Below, piece by piece: positions 62,720 through 64,000 of a stretch of 64,000 bases of DNA. The notes under the pieces are model-generated. The model was given only the letters and a program-made list of their open reading frames with translations. It had not been told where the DNA came from and did no database searches. The first letter of the stretch is position 1, and each line of letters begins with the position of its first letter. Where the stretch lies: positions 62,868,001 to 62,932,000 of the forward strand of contig CM060731.1 in the NCBI GenBank assembly GCA_030704615.1, in the 5' to 3' direction. The position numbers were made by a program, and so were the translations under genes. Source of the DNA: Takakia lepidozioides (lineage: Eukaryota > Plantae > Bryophyta).

Positions 62720-62945
62720 ACCACTTTAAGAACATTCCATCCATTTATATCTTGACAACATGTGTCAAACACTAAGTGGCTCCATAAATGCATTGTGTAG
62801 TCATCGTGTGAGGGAGGGCAAGGCCAATAAATGCTCAAGAAATGGGACCCATGTATATTCTTAGACATCTCTCACCATGTCCGTCCGTTCCTTAAACCCC
62901 ACTACATTTGCATCCCCAACCACTGTCCACCATCACCAATTTGAT
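62720..62945 (+). repeat. Dispersed repeat (copy 2 of 47995-48280)
   Basis: Shared blocks occur in the same order and orientation. Confidence 0.7.
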
Positions 62946-63054
62946 TAAATATTAACTACAACTATTGTATATTTTTATTGATTTTATTTTATTTAGACAA
63001 CCAAGCTGTAGCCCAGTGGTAATGGGTACGGAAGAGGTGGCTTTTTCCAGCAAC

Positions 63055-63128
63055 TAACCGGTAACCGGAACCGCCCCCATGTTGGATCCAGAACCGGAAC
63101 CGGAACTGTAATTGTGGAACCGGAACCT
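63055..63128. repeat. AACCGG(AACC) motif array, typical of DNA-transposon subterminal regions
   Basis: Repeated aaccgg/ggaacc units are visible. No partner end was found in the window. Confidence 0.45.
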
Positions 63129-64000
63129 AAGGTTCTTTACAAATGCATGAACCACCCAACACTGGTAGATGGATACCACCTCGGAAGTTGTTGAAATTAA
63201 TGAGACATTTGGTTGTTTTATTTATGGATTCTCGCAAGGGAAGTTGGTGAATTTCTAATAGGAATATTTAGTAGTAAATACTGAGTGGTTTTTTATCACC
63301 TCTGTTTCCGATATTTAAAAACCCGTTGGTTCCAGTTATTAAGCAAATTCCATCTTAAATTCTCATACCCGTCGTTTATCAATAGTAATGGAAAATTTCA
63401 AGCTCCGTGTTATCAATCATAGTCCTGGTCATTGTCTGATCCGGTTATTAGATTTAACTGTTTTTATGAACTTAATTAATTATTCAGCTCGAAAACAGAT
63501 GTAGTCTCGCGCCCTTGCTATCCGTATTTCCAAGGGGATGCCGCTTTTAAATCCACAAACTTGCCTTTTCATCCACTCCATGACCAGAGCCGGGATCCCT
63601 TTCCTCTCTTTCAAGCATGCTATGTGAAAACAAGGGAAAACAACTAAGGAGGAACATCCACCTCCTCAATTAGATCTTTAATAAAAAGAAAACCTACTAG
63701 TTGTCACAATATTCTTGCCCAGATATCCAGATATCTAATTGATAATTATCAATATGAAAAAGATCTGTCCCCTTTCTTTAAACTTTTTCAAAGAAAAAAG
63801 ACTACATACTTGTTGGTTATCATCAATACACCGTAGAGGTCGCTCTATTCCGACATTAATTAATTCACTTTAAGAGAGAACAAAAATAGACGAAATATGG
63901 GAATAATCTTCATTTAAAAGATGAACTTTGAAAACAAAAGGTGGTAATATGGCAGTGAAAACGTCAAGTTTGAAAGGAAAAAATATATATAAAGTTTGAG

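Noticed and set aside
63003-63040. tRNA/SINE-like A box (gctgtagcccagtggtaa)
   Set aside because: No B box or cloverleaf follows.

Overview
Eukaryotic nuclear DNA from a land plant, most likely a non-seed plant such as a bryophyte. This is inferred from GT-AG introns, Cys-less germin-like proteins, several PLS/DYW PPR fragments and a half-tRNA-primed copia element. Host genes are an anthranilate-PRT-like (GT3 fold, AT1G70570-type) gene at about 4.9-11.2 kb, two almost identical intronless germin-like genes on a ~3 kb segmental duplication (15.1 and 33.4 kb), DRT102 (36.7-39.1 kb), and two divergently oriented SPX-domain phosphate genes, NLA/BAH1 (minus, 39.9-42.2 kb) and PHO1 (plus, 55.4-60.8 kb). 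PHO1 has a tight P1BS cluster upstream and an overlapping uORF. Between the germin copies lies a 12.4 kb TIR-bounded Mutator-like element. It carries a degenerate SWIM transposase of the AT4G13970/AT1G60560 type, an Ulp1-like protease remnant and an unknown zinc-finger/NLS gene, and it is saturated with a short (C/T)(A/G)GACT(G) motif, an architecture reminiscent of VANDAL/VANC anti-silencing elements. Other mobile DNA includes many 5'-truncated copies of one tail-less LINE located in introns, a truncated Ty1/copia and a non-autonomous TIR element. All family calls come from recognising motifs by eye; no database search was run.
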